Shown: piece by piece, positions 1 through 8,495 of the stretch | Position numbering within the stretch: the stretch's first letter is position 1 | How the letters are laid out: each line of letters starts with the position of its first letter | Source: Nitrososphaeraceae archaeon | GTDB taxonomy: Archaea > Thermoproteota > Nitrososphaeria > Nitrososphaerales > Nitrososphaeraceae | Direction of reading: 5' to 3' | Assembly: GCA_035643435.1 (NCBI GenBank) | Contig: DASQQK010000286.1 | Span: forward strand, 8,706 to 72,705 | Length of the DNA: 64,000 bases | Translations under genes and position numbers: made by a program | The notes under the pieces: generated by a model | Told to the model about the DNA's origin: nothing | The model's input: the letters and a program-made list of their open reading frames with translations, nothing else | Databases searched by the model: none

Positions 1-561
1 TCATCAACCTGACAGCAGACACAGTATTTAAATAAAAATATTAAAATGACCAAATAGCAGCCACAAAAAATAGTAGTAGATGAAACAAATAGGTTTGTTT
101 AGTATAGCTATGGTATATTAGGGGGCGGTAATTCGACTACGCCATAAGCCAAATCTAGCAGATCTGATCCGTCGGATTCATCTCCAAATTCCAGTTCTAT
201 CTCTAATTCTTGATTTGGAGCCGCTTTGACTGGTGTCGAGCTTATTACTGCACCATCGCGCCTGTTGCTGTATTGCAACAATCAGCTCACCTCTGCAGGA
301 CACTCTTTATTCGCAGCTGATGTTTGGAAATTGCTATGGCCATATTTTTTTGCAGATACATTGCTACCATTGGTAGTGTTATTCACTGTTTTATATTATT
401 GTGTTATTAAGCAGAGGATATATCTCTTAGTTAAGACCACGGTACTACGAATGTATTGCTATTTGTTTTACCATATCTGGTAGAAGAGATATCAGATATA
501 GCTGGAAGTCCAATTCTTTTTAATCTAGATATACCAAATGTTCGTTCTAGACGGCAAAAAA

Positions 562-984
562 ATGAACACCAAATATTTCGTAATTGTTGCAGCCATAGCA
601 GCAGTCCTAGTCGGAGCAACTGCTACTGTAATAGCAGATAGTGCATTTGCAGGAGAGAAGAGAGAATACAGTCAAGCATCGCCCTCACAAGCAAATGCTT
701 GTGGAAATTATGAGATGCCAATAAACGTTGGATGTCAGAGCACAAACTCACAAATTCAAGGTGAAGAAAACGCAATAGGGATAACAGCACAGCAGACATT
801 CTCAGAAGTTGACAACGGGAACGACCGTGGACATGACCGTGGACACGATCGCGGCAACTGGGGGCAACTAAATGTGGTCCCAAACGACCCACAACATTCC
901 TTTTTTTATTATTTTACAGTTAGTTTGCGAAAGTTTTTTTCCATAATGCAAAACTCAATGAGAGATAGATTATACGTGCAGTGA
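562..984 (+). CDS. small secreted protein with (H-D-R-G) repeat, function unknown
   Basis: ORF 538..984. The internal ATG at 562 gives MNTKYFVIVAAIAAVLVGATATVIADSAFA, a typical signal peptide. A 12-nt coding repeat at 823-858 encodes DRGHDRGHDRGN. The last ~30 codons run through an AT-rich T-tract (T7 at 901-907) and look non-protein-like, so the 3' end is doubtful. Confidence 0.4.
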   Translation: MNTKYFVIVAAIAAVLVGATATVIADSAFAGEKREYSQASPSQANACGNYEMPINVGCQSTNSQIQGEENAIGITAQQTFSEVDNGNDRGHDRGHDRGNWGQLNVVPNDPQHSFFYYFTVSLRKFFSIMQNSMRDRLYVQ

Positions 985-1381
985 GGCATCTGAATTGTTA
1001 CTTATCATCATAATAATGCTGTAATGATGAGCATTGTGAAGGAGTCATTTTACTCATTACCCTGTGTACTCAATATAGAGTTATGATCCACCGCTGCTGC
1101 TATCTAATAGTTTGTACTATTCTCACTCGTATCCTACAGTATTGAACTTTTGAGAGGCAGGAATGTCGCTAAATATTTATGAGATCTTCTTTCTAAAAAA
1201 TGATTAGCGCAAACTGATTCCACAGTTCGTTACAATCGAAGACTCTGTTACCATTTGTAGTATGGCGTATGTTTGCTATATGATAATCTAGTGGGGTAAA
1301 TACGCGAAAAATGAAAAAGAGGGGTCTGAGCACATTTGTGGATTCAACTACCTGCGGTAGTCTGTACAGAGAGTGGCTGGT

Positions 1382-1405
1382 GTAGTAGTAGTAGTAGTAG
1401 TAGTA
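1382..1405. repeat. (GTA)8 trinucleotide microsatellite
   Basis: Eight perfect gta units read directly from the sequence. It sits ~135 nt beyond the 3' end of tRNA-Ser in a 550-bp region with no convincing CDS. Confidence 0.95.
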
Positions 1406-1537
1406 ACGACGACTATCAAAATTTCGAGTTTGAATCACTGGCCATCTGTGGACTTTGGATTGACCTGGTGCTCCATGTCCCCAGGTTGTAATTGATTCTC
1501 GATCTGTGTGTCTTTCAGTACCAAGCCACGATTGAGG

Positions 1538-1621
1538 CGCGGGGAGTGGGATTCGAACCCACGAGTCCTTGCGAACATGGGATTAGCAATCCCACGCCCT
1601 ACCAGGCTAGGCGACCCCCGC
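1538..1621 (-). tRNA. tRNA-Ser (anticodon GCU), type II with long variable arm
   Basis: The reverse complement folds by hand. Acceptor is GCGGGGG/TCCCCGC, anticodon stem TGGGA/TCCCA with loop TTGCTAA, a long variable arm, T-arm GTGGG-TTCGAAT-CCCAC, and discriminator G. No encoded CCA. Confidence 0.9.
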
Positions 1622-1711
1622 CCGAACTGGAGATTTATGTAAAGGCAATATATTGATATTGCCTATCATCATAATCGGGAAGGTGTTAAAAAGGTTATTA
1701 AACGGAGATAA

Positions 1712-2170
1712 TTGGTTATAGTAGCTTTGAATATTAAGGAGTCAAATGAGATCTTTAGACTAGCAATAATAAGGAGTTATTTTGAGCCAGAATTGTTAAA
1801 AATGGATTATCGAAGGTCAGTTATAAAACATCCCCTGAGTAAAGAGAGTGGACTAAATATAGAAGATTTATTACACTTGTTTTTCGATATATCTACAGGT
1901 AACGATTATCCTGATGGTGATGAATGGTTTACCATTGAATACATTATACCTCAGAGCATCAAGCTTCCAGACAGCCTAAAAGGTCCTGATTACTTTACGA
2001 CTCTTTCAGTCCCAGAAAGCCAACATCTCTGGCGGCATCGGGAGCTAGTCAGATTCAAATATGGAAAATCAAAAAAATTATCCGAATCACTTAGCTTTAT
2101 CGATCGAAAGTATCGAGATCTCCTAAAATCGTTACGGGAGTCATCTGTAGTTGGCCAAATAGGTTCTTGA
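1712..2170 (+). CDS. hypothetical protein
   Basis: 152-aa ORF with a TTG start and no recognisable motif. It converges on the 2211..2750 ORF. Confidence 0.35.
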   Translation: MVIVALNIKESNEIFRLAIIRSYFEPELLKMDYRRSVIKHPLSKESGLNIEDLLHLFFDISTGNDYPDGDEWFTIEYIIPQSIKLPDSLKGPDYFTTLSVPESQHLWRHRELVRFKYGKSKKLSESLSFIDRKYRDLLKSLRESSVVGQIGS

Positions 2171-2210
2171 CGGTCAGAAATATTCGTTTAGCCATTAGAG
2201 ATATCAGATA

Positions 2211-2750
2211 CTAAACCGTCCAATTACCATTCGTATATTTGTAAGTTCTCTCATCAGTTTTTGCGAAATCAGGGCGCCACCTGGAGAGTGCGGACTCGTA
2301 ACAATACGTTATTTCAAGCACCGGGGTAGGAATCTTGGACATTTGAGATTCAATTGCTTCAATTAATATTTGAACACTATCGACGGCTCTCTCAACAATT
2401 TTGTAATCTGTTTCCAAAGTTTGAAATATGAGTCTATCAGCAGCGCCTTGCGCCCTAGATACTCCGGGGAAGCTGAATAAAATTTGCATTTCACTCCTGC
2501 CTCTTCTCTTTTTTATTTCAGCAATAACGTTCCTTAACTTGAGCCATCTGTCAGCACCAAATAGAATAAAAAATTCATCACCGTAGGGAATAGAAAAATG
2601 GATTTCTATTATAGTATGGATTCGGCTGTCTACTGGAGTAATCTTTTCTTCTTCAACGGATCCAAGTGAGCTTGAAATTATATGATATATGATTTCAGTC
2701 TCGGGTATAGAGGTCCCTGAATATCTAAAAAAGGTTATCTTTCCATCCAC
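2211..2750 (-). CDS. hypothetical protein
   Basis: 179-aa ORF with balanced, protein-like composition. No recognisable family motif. Confidence 0.45.
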   Translation of the reverse strand: MDGKITFFRYSGTSIPETEIIYHIISSSLGSVEEEKITPVDSRIHTIIEIHFSIPYGDEFFILFGADRWLKLRNVIAEIKKRRGRSEMQILFSFPGVSRAQGAADRLIFQTLETDYKIVERAVDSVQILIEAIESQMSKIPTPVLEITYCYESALSRWRPDFAKTDERTYKYTNGNWTV

Positions 2751-2808
2751 GAGATTACGTAATATTCATTCCACAAAAAGATCTTTAAAGTGTTTGCAAG
2801 GCAGTTTC

Positions 2809-3124
2809 TTAGGATGCCTTAGCATATTTGTAAGACTTAATCTCATACAACTTTCCATTCCTGTTACTGACTCTCAATTTTATACAGTCTGATTTACTTG
2901 CCAATTTCTGGCACAGTGAGCAATATACTAGTCTGTGTGTTTTATTTTTTGATTCAATTATATGACCATACGGATCTCTAAACCAAGTCGTCTCTCCCTC
3001 TATCCCCCCCACTAAAATGAGACTCCTTGTTTAAAAATCATTCTCGTGGGCTCTGGAAGCCAGAAAAGTGACAGAATGAGGATCATTTAATAATGTAGGT
3101 CCATCTGTAAATTGTGATGACCTG
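2809..3124 (-). pseudogene. possible remnant of a VOC/glyoxalase-family gene (C-terminal half, interrupted by an in-frame TAA)
   Basis: ORFs 3031..3300 and 2809..3012 are in the same frame, separated by one TAA (3031-3033) plus 6 sense codons. The downstream part contains GETTWFRDPYGHIIE, resembling the C-terminal strand of VOC-fold proteins. The 5' half would have to overlap ahbAB antisense. Confidence 0.25.
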
Positions 3125-4117
3125 ATGCAGGTACAAACCATCGATTCATTGGATAAACAAATACTGAATGAAATCCAGTGGCAGTTCCCCTTGGTGAACA
3201 GACCCTTTTTGGAAATCTCTAAACGGTACAATATATCTGAAGATGAAGTCCTAGAGAGAATTAGAACATTGAAAAGGACTGGGCTGATAAGACAGATCAA
3301 TGCGATCTTTGATACTAGACGACTAGGCTACAAGAGTACTTTGGTGGCGTTTTCTGTATTGCAAGACAAGCTTGAGCAAGTTGCAAATGTGGTAAATAGC
3401 CACCCTGGTGTCAGCCATAATTACGAAAGGAACCACGAATACAATATGTGGTTCACCTTAGCAGTTCCTCCATCCGGTGATTTGAAGCGAGACTTGGAGC
3501 ACATGGCCTCCCAAGGTGGCGTCATAAAATATAGGGTATTACCTACGCTCAAACTCTACAAGATTGGTGTGAAGTTGGATGTGCTAAACCAGGATCCCTC
3601 TAACCCACAACCTACTGAAGAATTGAAAACTGTAAGTCAAGCGAAGTTTACAGCCACTGATTTGGATAAAAGGTTTATTCGTGTTTTGCAACAAGACATC
3701 GAAACTACATCTGAACCCTTCAAGAACTCTGCCCGAGCCCTTGGAATCACAACGGATCAGCTCTTTGAAAAAGCAAAGGAATACGAGAAAATAGGTGTGA
3801 TGCGAAGATTCGCAGCTATACTGCGTCATAGAGATGCAGGGTTCTCCGCAAACGGCATGGTAGTATGGAAAGTACCAGACGACAAGATCGATGAAGTAGG
3901 ATACAAGTTAGCAGCGTTTCCCCAAGTTAGCCATTGCTATCGTAGACCAGTATTTTCTGACTGGCCATTTAACCTCTTCAGTATGGTACACGCGAGAACA
4001 CTTCAGGCTGCAGAAAGAATAGCCGAAACCATGTCTTCAGCAGTGAAAATCCAAGAGTATTCTATTCTTTTTAGCAGTCGTGAATTCAAGAAGCAGAGGG
4101 TAAAGTATTTTGAGTGA
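3125..4117 (+). CDS. ahbAB: siroheme decarboxylase, fused AhbA/AhbB (NirD/L-like, two Lrp/AsnC-type repeats)
   Basis: 330 aa with two tandem halves. Each has an N-terminal wHTH and the signature HPGVSHNYER...NMWF in half 1 or FPQVSHCYRRP...FNLFSMVHA in half 2, typical of NirD/G/H/L-AhbA/B proteins. Confidence 0.8.
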   Translation: MQVQTIDSLDKQILNEIQWQFPLVNRPFLEISKRYNISEDEVLERIRTLKRTGLIRQINAIFDTRRLGYKSTLVAFSVLQDKLEQVANVVNSHPGVSHNYERNHEYNMWFTLAVPPSGDLKRDLEHMASQGGVIKYRVLPTLKLYKIGVKLDVLNQDPSNPQPTEELKTVSQAKFTATDLDKRFIRVLQQDIETTSEPFKNSARALGITTDQLFEKAKEYEKIGVMRRFAAILRHRDAGFSANGMVVWKVPDDKIDEVGYKLAAFPQVSHCYRRPVFSDWPFNLFSMVHARTLQAAERIAETMSSAVKIQEYSILFSSREFKKQRVKYFE

Positions 4118-4178
4118 GTCACCTATCACGCGCGTCATTCGGACAGAAGTAGAATCATGACCGGAAAATGCTCAGCAG

Positions 4179-5171
4179 CTATTTACAGATACTTGTTGTG
4201 TAAAAATCTTTGTCATACATCTCTGAGATCTCTTCCACGTCATTAGCCTTCAGGTACTTTCCGTCAGACATTTTTGCGAATGATTCGATCTCTTCTATAT
4301 TAACTACTGTTGGCAGAACCGTTGCGATCCTGTTTTGAGAAAGGATGAATTTCATAGCGAGTTCAGTAATCGTCCAACCATACGCGTCAGCGATTGGCTT
4401 TATGTACTCTATTTTCTGCAGAGCTTGCGAGATCCACTCTTTCTTGCGCGAGCTTCTATGATCATTCTTGTCAAATACCGTATCAACATTCACCTTTCCT
4501 GTTAGCACGCCTGACGCATCAGGGACTCGAACCATAAGGCCCACATCATTAGCTTCAGCGATTTGAAAGAACTCTCTTAAGGGGTCTTGTTCCAAAAGAT
4601 TGTAGACACTTTGAAGACAAGTTATATCTCTTTTTTCCATCGATAAAACTCCCTCCTCTTTCCATCCTATAGCCGGCCCCAATGCGACTCCATAACTTCT
4701 AATCTTACCTTCTTTACGAGTTTTGTTGAGCGCCCCAAATAACATATCATCCTTAATTGCGACCATCTTAGGATTGTGTAGACTGTACACATCCACAAAA
4801 TCAGTTTGCAGCCTTTTAATACTCTCTCGTAATGCATAATTCATGAAAGAGGGATCATGTTTTTGTGGGAGTTCATTATGGCCGACCTGCTCAGCACTAT
4901 AAATGTCATAACCCCATTTGGTCGAATAGATTAGCTCATCGCGATTCATTCCTTTGAAAGCTTCGCCAATTAGCCTTTCACTCCTCCCTTTTCCATACAC
5001 GTCAGAAGTTTCAAAGAAATTGATACCCAGATCAAAAGCTCTCCTTAACATTTTAATGGCATCTTCATCGCTAATCTTTTTTCCACCCCACCAGTCCAGC
5101 GCTATAGTCCATGCGCCGAAACCTATCTCGCTTACCCTAATTCCACTCTTTCCCAATCGACGATATTTCAT
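4179..5171 (-). CDS. aldo/keto reductase family oxidoreductase
   Basis: N-terminus MKYRRLGKSGIRVSEIGFGAWTI...FFETSDVYGKGRSERLIGEA, followed by the rest of the AKR TIM-barrel pattern. Its ATG overlaps the upstream stop as ATGA (5168-5171). Confidence 0.85.
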   Translation of the reverse strand: MKYRRLGKSGIRVSEIGFGAWTIALDWWGGKKISDEDAIKMLRRAFDLGINFFETSDVYGKGRSERLIGEAFKGMNRDELIYSTKWGYDIYSAEQVGHNELPQKHDPSFMNYALRESIKRLQTDFVDVYSLHNPKMVAIKDDMLFGALNKTRKEGKIRSYGVALGPAIGWKEEGVLSMEKRDITCLQSVYNLLEQDPLREFFQIAEANDVGLMVRVPDASGVLTGKVNVDTVFDKNDHRSSRKKEWISQALQKIEYIKPIADAYGWTITELAMKFILSQNRIATVLPTVVNIEEIESFAKMSDGKYLKANDVEEISEMYDKDFYTTSICK

Positions 5172-5746
5172 CTAATATTTAGTGCCTCCATTAACTGAAA
5201 TTGCCTATCTTGAAAAATATCATCACTCAGAACCGGCTTCCCCATTTTTCTTTCAGAATCTACCTTGCTTAATGAATGAAAGTCGATCCATGACCTACAC
5301 CCTGCTTGTTGTGGGCTGAGTGTGACATTTAAAGAATTTTCTAACCTGTATATACGAAGAAGTATAACACTGAGAGGTTTCTCAGGATTGTAATCCATTC
5401 TCATGTCTATGTATTTATCGTTCCATATATGAAAGTCGCGTAGGCTACGAAGCAGTCTCCTGTTAAATGTCTCTTTTACAAAGATAACTTTTGCATAAAG
5501 GTAAATTATGTTCGCGTCATCCGGAGGCTTATGTTGTAATGCTGACTCAAGTTTCTCCGCGTATTCTTGCTGTAAAAGATCCCTCGATTGGTGCTCATAG
5601 GTAGGAAACATGTAGAATTCATTATGCCTCAATTCAAATCCGTGCTTTCGTTCCATTATGCCGCCTTTTCTTAGTAGAATAGTTTGCCTCCCCTCATCCA
5701 ATCCCTTACACACAATAGCCCATTCCTTCAGCGCAGATATTGTCAT
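5168..5746 (-). CDS. DUF1802 family protein
   Basis: The N-terminal ALKEWAIVCKGLDEGRQTILLRKGGI pattern matches my memory of DUF1802 proteins (~190 aa). There is a 3-nt gap to the upstream gene and a 4-nt overlap with the downstream gene. Confidence 0.6.
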   Translation of the reverse strand: MTISALKEWAIVCKGLDEGRQTILLRKGGIMERKHGFELRHNEFYMFPTYEHQSRDLLQQEYAEKLESALQHKPPDDANIIYLYAKVIFVKETFNRRLLRSLRDFHIWNDKYIDMRMDYNPEKPLSVILLRIYRLENSLNVTLSPQQAGCRSWIDFHSLSKVDSERKMGKPVLSDDIFQDRQFQLMEALNIR

Positions 5747-5749
5747 ACC

Positions 5750-6451
5750 CTATCCAAGCCCCATGATAATACTTTGTATATCCTTTTGCAAGCATACCAC
5801 CATCGGAGTATCCTTTACAACATACAAGCTCACTTTTGTTTCACGCAATTGAAGAATCAGATCCTGAAACTTTGCGAGGTCATCAGTTTCAAATGCTAAA
5901 GTAAAGTCATTATCATCTATTCCATACGAATAAGACGTATTAAGCTTAATCTCTGGAAATTTTCTACCAACTGTAATATGCTCATCCATCATTTTTTTAC
6001 GCTCTTCAAATGGCAAAAGATACCACTCTCGTGACTTGACAAATGGATAAACGATTAGATATTTCAGTGGCTTAGAATCTGTCATGAAAGAAGGAGTAGA
6101 CTTCTCGGAATAAACAGATCTTCTGAAACACGAAAGATACATAAAAGCCGGCTCGATATATTTTCCGAGAATTGTACTGTAGATTTTAGACGTGAATACC
6201 TGAAACATCTCAACCGAATCAGACACCATCCAAAGCATGAAATCTGTTCCACTGTGAAGCCCGAGAGTCGTATAAGTATTAACTCGCAATTTGGTATTCG
6301 CTACACTAACGAGGGAGGCAAATTCCTTAGCTGCTTCTTCCTTTGCCACTTCATTCATCCAACGCCATTTAGGGTCAATTCTGAAAAATGAATAGTTGAG
6401 AAAAGTGGAATTAGATGTCTTTATCTGATCCTTTTTGCGCTGAAATTCCAT
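5750..6451 (-). CDS. chlorite dismutase family protein (Cld-like / ChdC(HemQ)-like haem protein)
   Basis: 233 aa. Motifs include YSFFRIDPKWR, VYPFVKSREWYLLPFEERKKMMDEHITVGRKF (putative proximal His) and SYGIDDNDFTLAFETDDL, characteristic of the Cld/ChdC fold. Confidence 0.75.
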   Translation of the reverse strand: MEFQRKKDQIKTSNSTFLNYSFFRIDPKWRWMNEVAKEEAAKEFASLVSVANTKLRVNTYTTLGLHSGTDFMLWMVSDSVEMFQVFTSKIYSTILGKYIEPAFMYLSCFRRSVYSEKSTPSFMTDSKPLKYLIVYPFVKSREWYLLPFEERKKMMDEHITVGRKFPEIKLNTSYSYGIDDNDFTLAFETDDLAKFQDLILQLRETKVSLYVVKDTPMVVCLQKDIQSIIMGLG

Positions 6452-6482
6452 TAGATTCTACTCTAAGTATTTACCGTAAGGA

Positions 6483-7259
6483 CTACTTTTCTTCCAAACC
6501 TAACCATGCGTATCCTCTAGCTTCGAGCTCATCGGCAAGAGTCTTGTCACCTGATTTGATGATCTTGCCCCTTGCCATCACATGCACGTAATCAAGTTTC
6601 GATAAATATCGCAGTATTCTAGCATAGTGAGTAATCACAAGCACACCAGCACCTGTATCAATCAGTTGGTTGATCGCTTCAGCAACAGCTTTCACAGCGT
6701 CTATATCGAGGCCTGAATCGGGTTCATCTAGGATCGCTATATTTGGTTTAAGGACCAGCATCTGCATTACTTCTGACCTTTTTTTCTCACCCCCAGAGAA
6801 TCCTTCGTTCAAATATCTGCTTAGAAATGACTTGTCTAGCCCCACGGAATCTAGATTCTTCTTGACGTATTCATGAAATTCTCTCACTGTTAGAAATACC
6901 TCACGGTTAATTTGGTCGTCTCCTAACGATTTGTTTAAAGTATTATAAGCATTTCTCAAAAAGTGACTATATCCAACTCCTGGGATCTCGATGGGGTACT
7001 GAAATCCAAGGAATAGGCCTTTCTTGGTCCTCTCATCAGTAGTTAGATTCATGATGCCTTCGCCTTTGACTAGAATTTTTCCTCCCGTAACCTTGTACTT
7101 GGGGTGTCCGAGCAAGACGTTCGCAAATGTGCTTTTGCCAGAACCATTTGGGCCCATAATTACATGAACCTCGCCTTTGTCAATCTTCAGATTTAGTCCA
7201 TTCAATATTTCTTTATTATCAATATTTGCATGAAGGTCATTGACTTCGAGAAAAACCAT
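6483..7259 (-). CDS. sufC: Fe-S cluster assembly ATPase SufC
   Basis: Walker A GPNGSGKST, HPKYKVTGGKILVKGEGIMNLTTDERTKKGLFLGFQYPIEIPGV, signature LNEGFSGGEKKR and Walker B ILDEPDSGLD. This is the classic SufC pattern. No sufB or sufD is adjacent. Confidence 0.85.
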   Translation of the reverse strand: MVFLEVNDLHANIDNKEILNGLNLKIDKGEVHVIMGPNGSGKSTFANVLLGHPKYKVTGGKILVKGEGIMNLTTDERTKKGLFLGFQYPIEIPGVGYSHFLRNAYNTLNKSLGDDQINREVFLTVREFHEYVKKNLDSVGLDKSFLSRYLNEGFSGGEKKRSEVMQMLVLKPNIAILDEPDSGLDIDAVKAVAEAINQLIDTGAGVLVITHYARILRYLSKLDYVHVMARGKIIKSGDKTLADELEARGYAWLGLEEK

Positions 7260-7365
7260 TAAGTAATGTACTTCGAAATGCTTAATATAAGTATATCAAT
7301 ACTCTGGTGATTCAAAAATATCTAATCTTTCACCTTTGACTCGATACTCTAACTCTGAGAGGACA

Positions 7366-7617
7366 TTATAATTCTGCTGACGTAGAGTTGGCTGACGTAG
7401 AGTTGGCTGACGTAGAGTTGGCTGATTCTGCTCCTTCAGGTGAAGATTGAGAATCCCCCTGAGCAGCTCCTTCTGTAGTAGATAAATTTTGACGATAAAT
7501 TGATTCTATTATTCCGGGGGCAGGAGCAGCATTACCAAAAATATAATATACGAGAACTCCAGTTATCGCACCCAAACCAAGTATAGATATAAATGCTACT
7601 TTTCCAACTGATCCCAT
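7366..7617 (-). CDS. small membrane-anchored protein with (ANSTS)x3 tail
   Basis: N-terminal TM segment VAFISILGLGAITGVLVYYIF and a Ser/Thr/Asn-rich C-terminus encoded by a 15-bp tandem repeat. Confidence 0.5.
   Translation of the reverse strand: MGSVGKVAFISILGLGAITGVLVYYIFGNAAPAPGIIESIYRQNLSTTEGAAQGDSQSSPEGAESANSTSANSTSANSTSAEL
7376..7425. repeat. 15-bp tandem repeat gctgacgtagagttg x3 plus a partial copy
   Basis: Three perfect copies (7376-7390, 7391-7405, 7406-7420), followed by gctga. On the minus strand they encode ANSTS units. Confidence 0.95.
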
Positions 7618-7811
7618 CTTGGCAAATTCAGTTAGTTACTGACCCATATTAAATCCTTGATACCAAAGTTAGCGAAACATTTTGCAAATGACTAACTGTG
7701 ATAGTGAGTGGACATAGTAGGACACTAAATCTGTGGATGCTAACCAACGTAAAGCCCTTTTCAAATACCTGTGAATTCCAAATAACTTTTAATTTGGTTT
7801 CCTATTGAAGG

Positions 7812-8003
7812 ATGCTAGATACTAGATTGGCCAACGCAAAATGCATTTCATGCAAAAAAGCTGTAGTATTTCGGTTCAAACCGATGACTCAATGGAATCT
7901 GGAATCAGAACAAGGCTATCTTTGTGGAGATTGTTATGAAAGAAAGCTTGCAGAGTATTATCTAACTCCTGATCGTAGGAACCTTACGAAACGATCGGAA
8001 TAG
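7812..8003 (+). CDS. small zinc-ribbon protein, function unknown
   Basis: 63 aa with CISC...CGDC (CxxC...CxxC). Confidence 0.4.
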   Translation: MLDTRLANAKCISCKKAVVFRFKPMTQWNLESEQGYLCGDCYERKLAEYYLTPDRRNLTKRSE

Positions 8004-8046
8004 CAACTCGGAAGTGGCTAGTGCCATAACAGGGACTTAGTTGAGA

Positions 8047-8490
8047 TCACCTGTACGACTTTTGTTTTCTACGTCTAGCACTTGGACCGCCAAATTTCTT
8101 TGATTCGGTCTGCCTAGGGTCACCCGCTAAAAAGTGCCGGTCATATTCTGTTATTTTTCTCCTTATCTCTTCACGAATGCTCCTTGACAGCGGATGATCT
8201 TTGGGGTCTCTTCCTCCTTTTCCATCTCCAGTAAGAGCTCTCGAAATGGCAACTGCACTAGCGAATGCCTGTCCCATAAATCCCCCGCCATGCACCTTTA
8301 CGCTAAGATCTATCCTATTTCTTAGTTCTCCTATTAAACGGATTGGGACCAGCACAACTTCTCTGGCTACTTCTGGCTCCATGACTTCTGCAGGAATATT
8401 GTTTACCCTAACTTTGCCGTTGCCCTTCGATATAGTGGCAGTGGCTCTACTTGTCTTGCGCTGTCCCGGATAGAGATCTACCTTGTTCAT
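8047..8490 (-). CDS. rps9: 30S ribosomal protein uS9 (S9P)
   Basis: Contains GGGFMGQAFASAVAISRAL and ends ...RRRKQKSYR, the uS9 hallmark. It lies in the L13-S9 operon context. Confidence 0.9.
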   Translation of the reverse strand: MNKVDLYPGQRKTSRATATISKGNGKVRVNNIPAEVMEPEVAREVVLVPIRLIGELRNRIDLSVKVHGGGFMGQAFASAVAISRALTGDGKGGRDPKDHPLSRSIREEIRRKITEYDRHFLAGDPRQTESKKFGGPSARRRKQKSYR

Positions 8491-8495
8491 GTATT

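Noticed and set aside
226-483. 85-aa plus-strand ORF near the window start
   Set aside because: It has a TTG start, an odd hydrophobic/aromatic composition and no motif. The opposite strand carries a 57-codon acidic ORF ending ...ELEIELEFGDESDGSDLLDLAYGVVELPPPNIP that looks at least as protein-like. Neither can be supported.
1193-1438. 81-aa minus-strand ORF containing an octa-tyrosine run
   Set aside because: The Tyr8 run is simply the (GTA)8 microsatellite read in frame. The remainder is non-protein-like and the start is a GTG without context. I treat it as non-coding.
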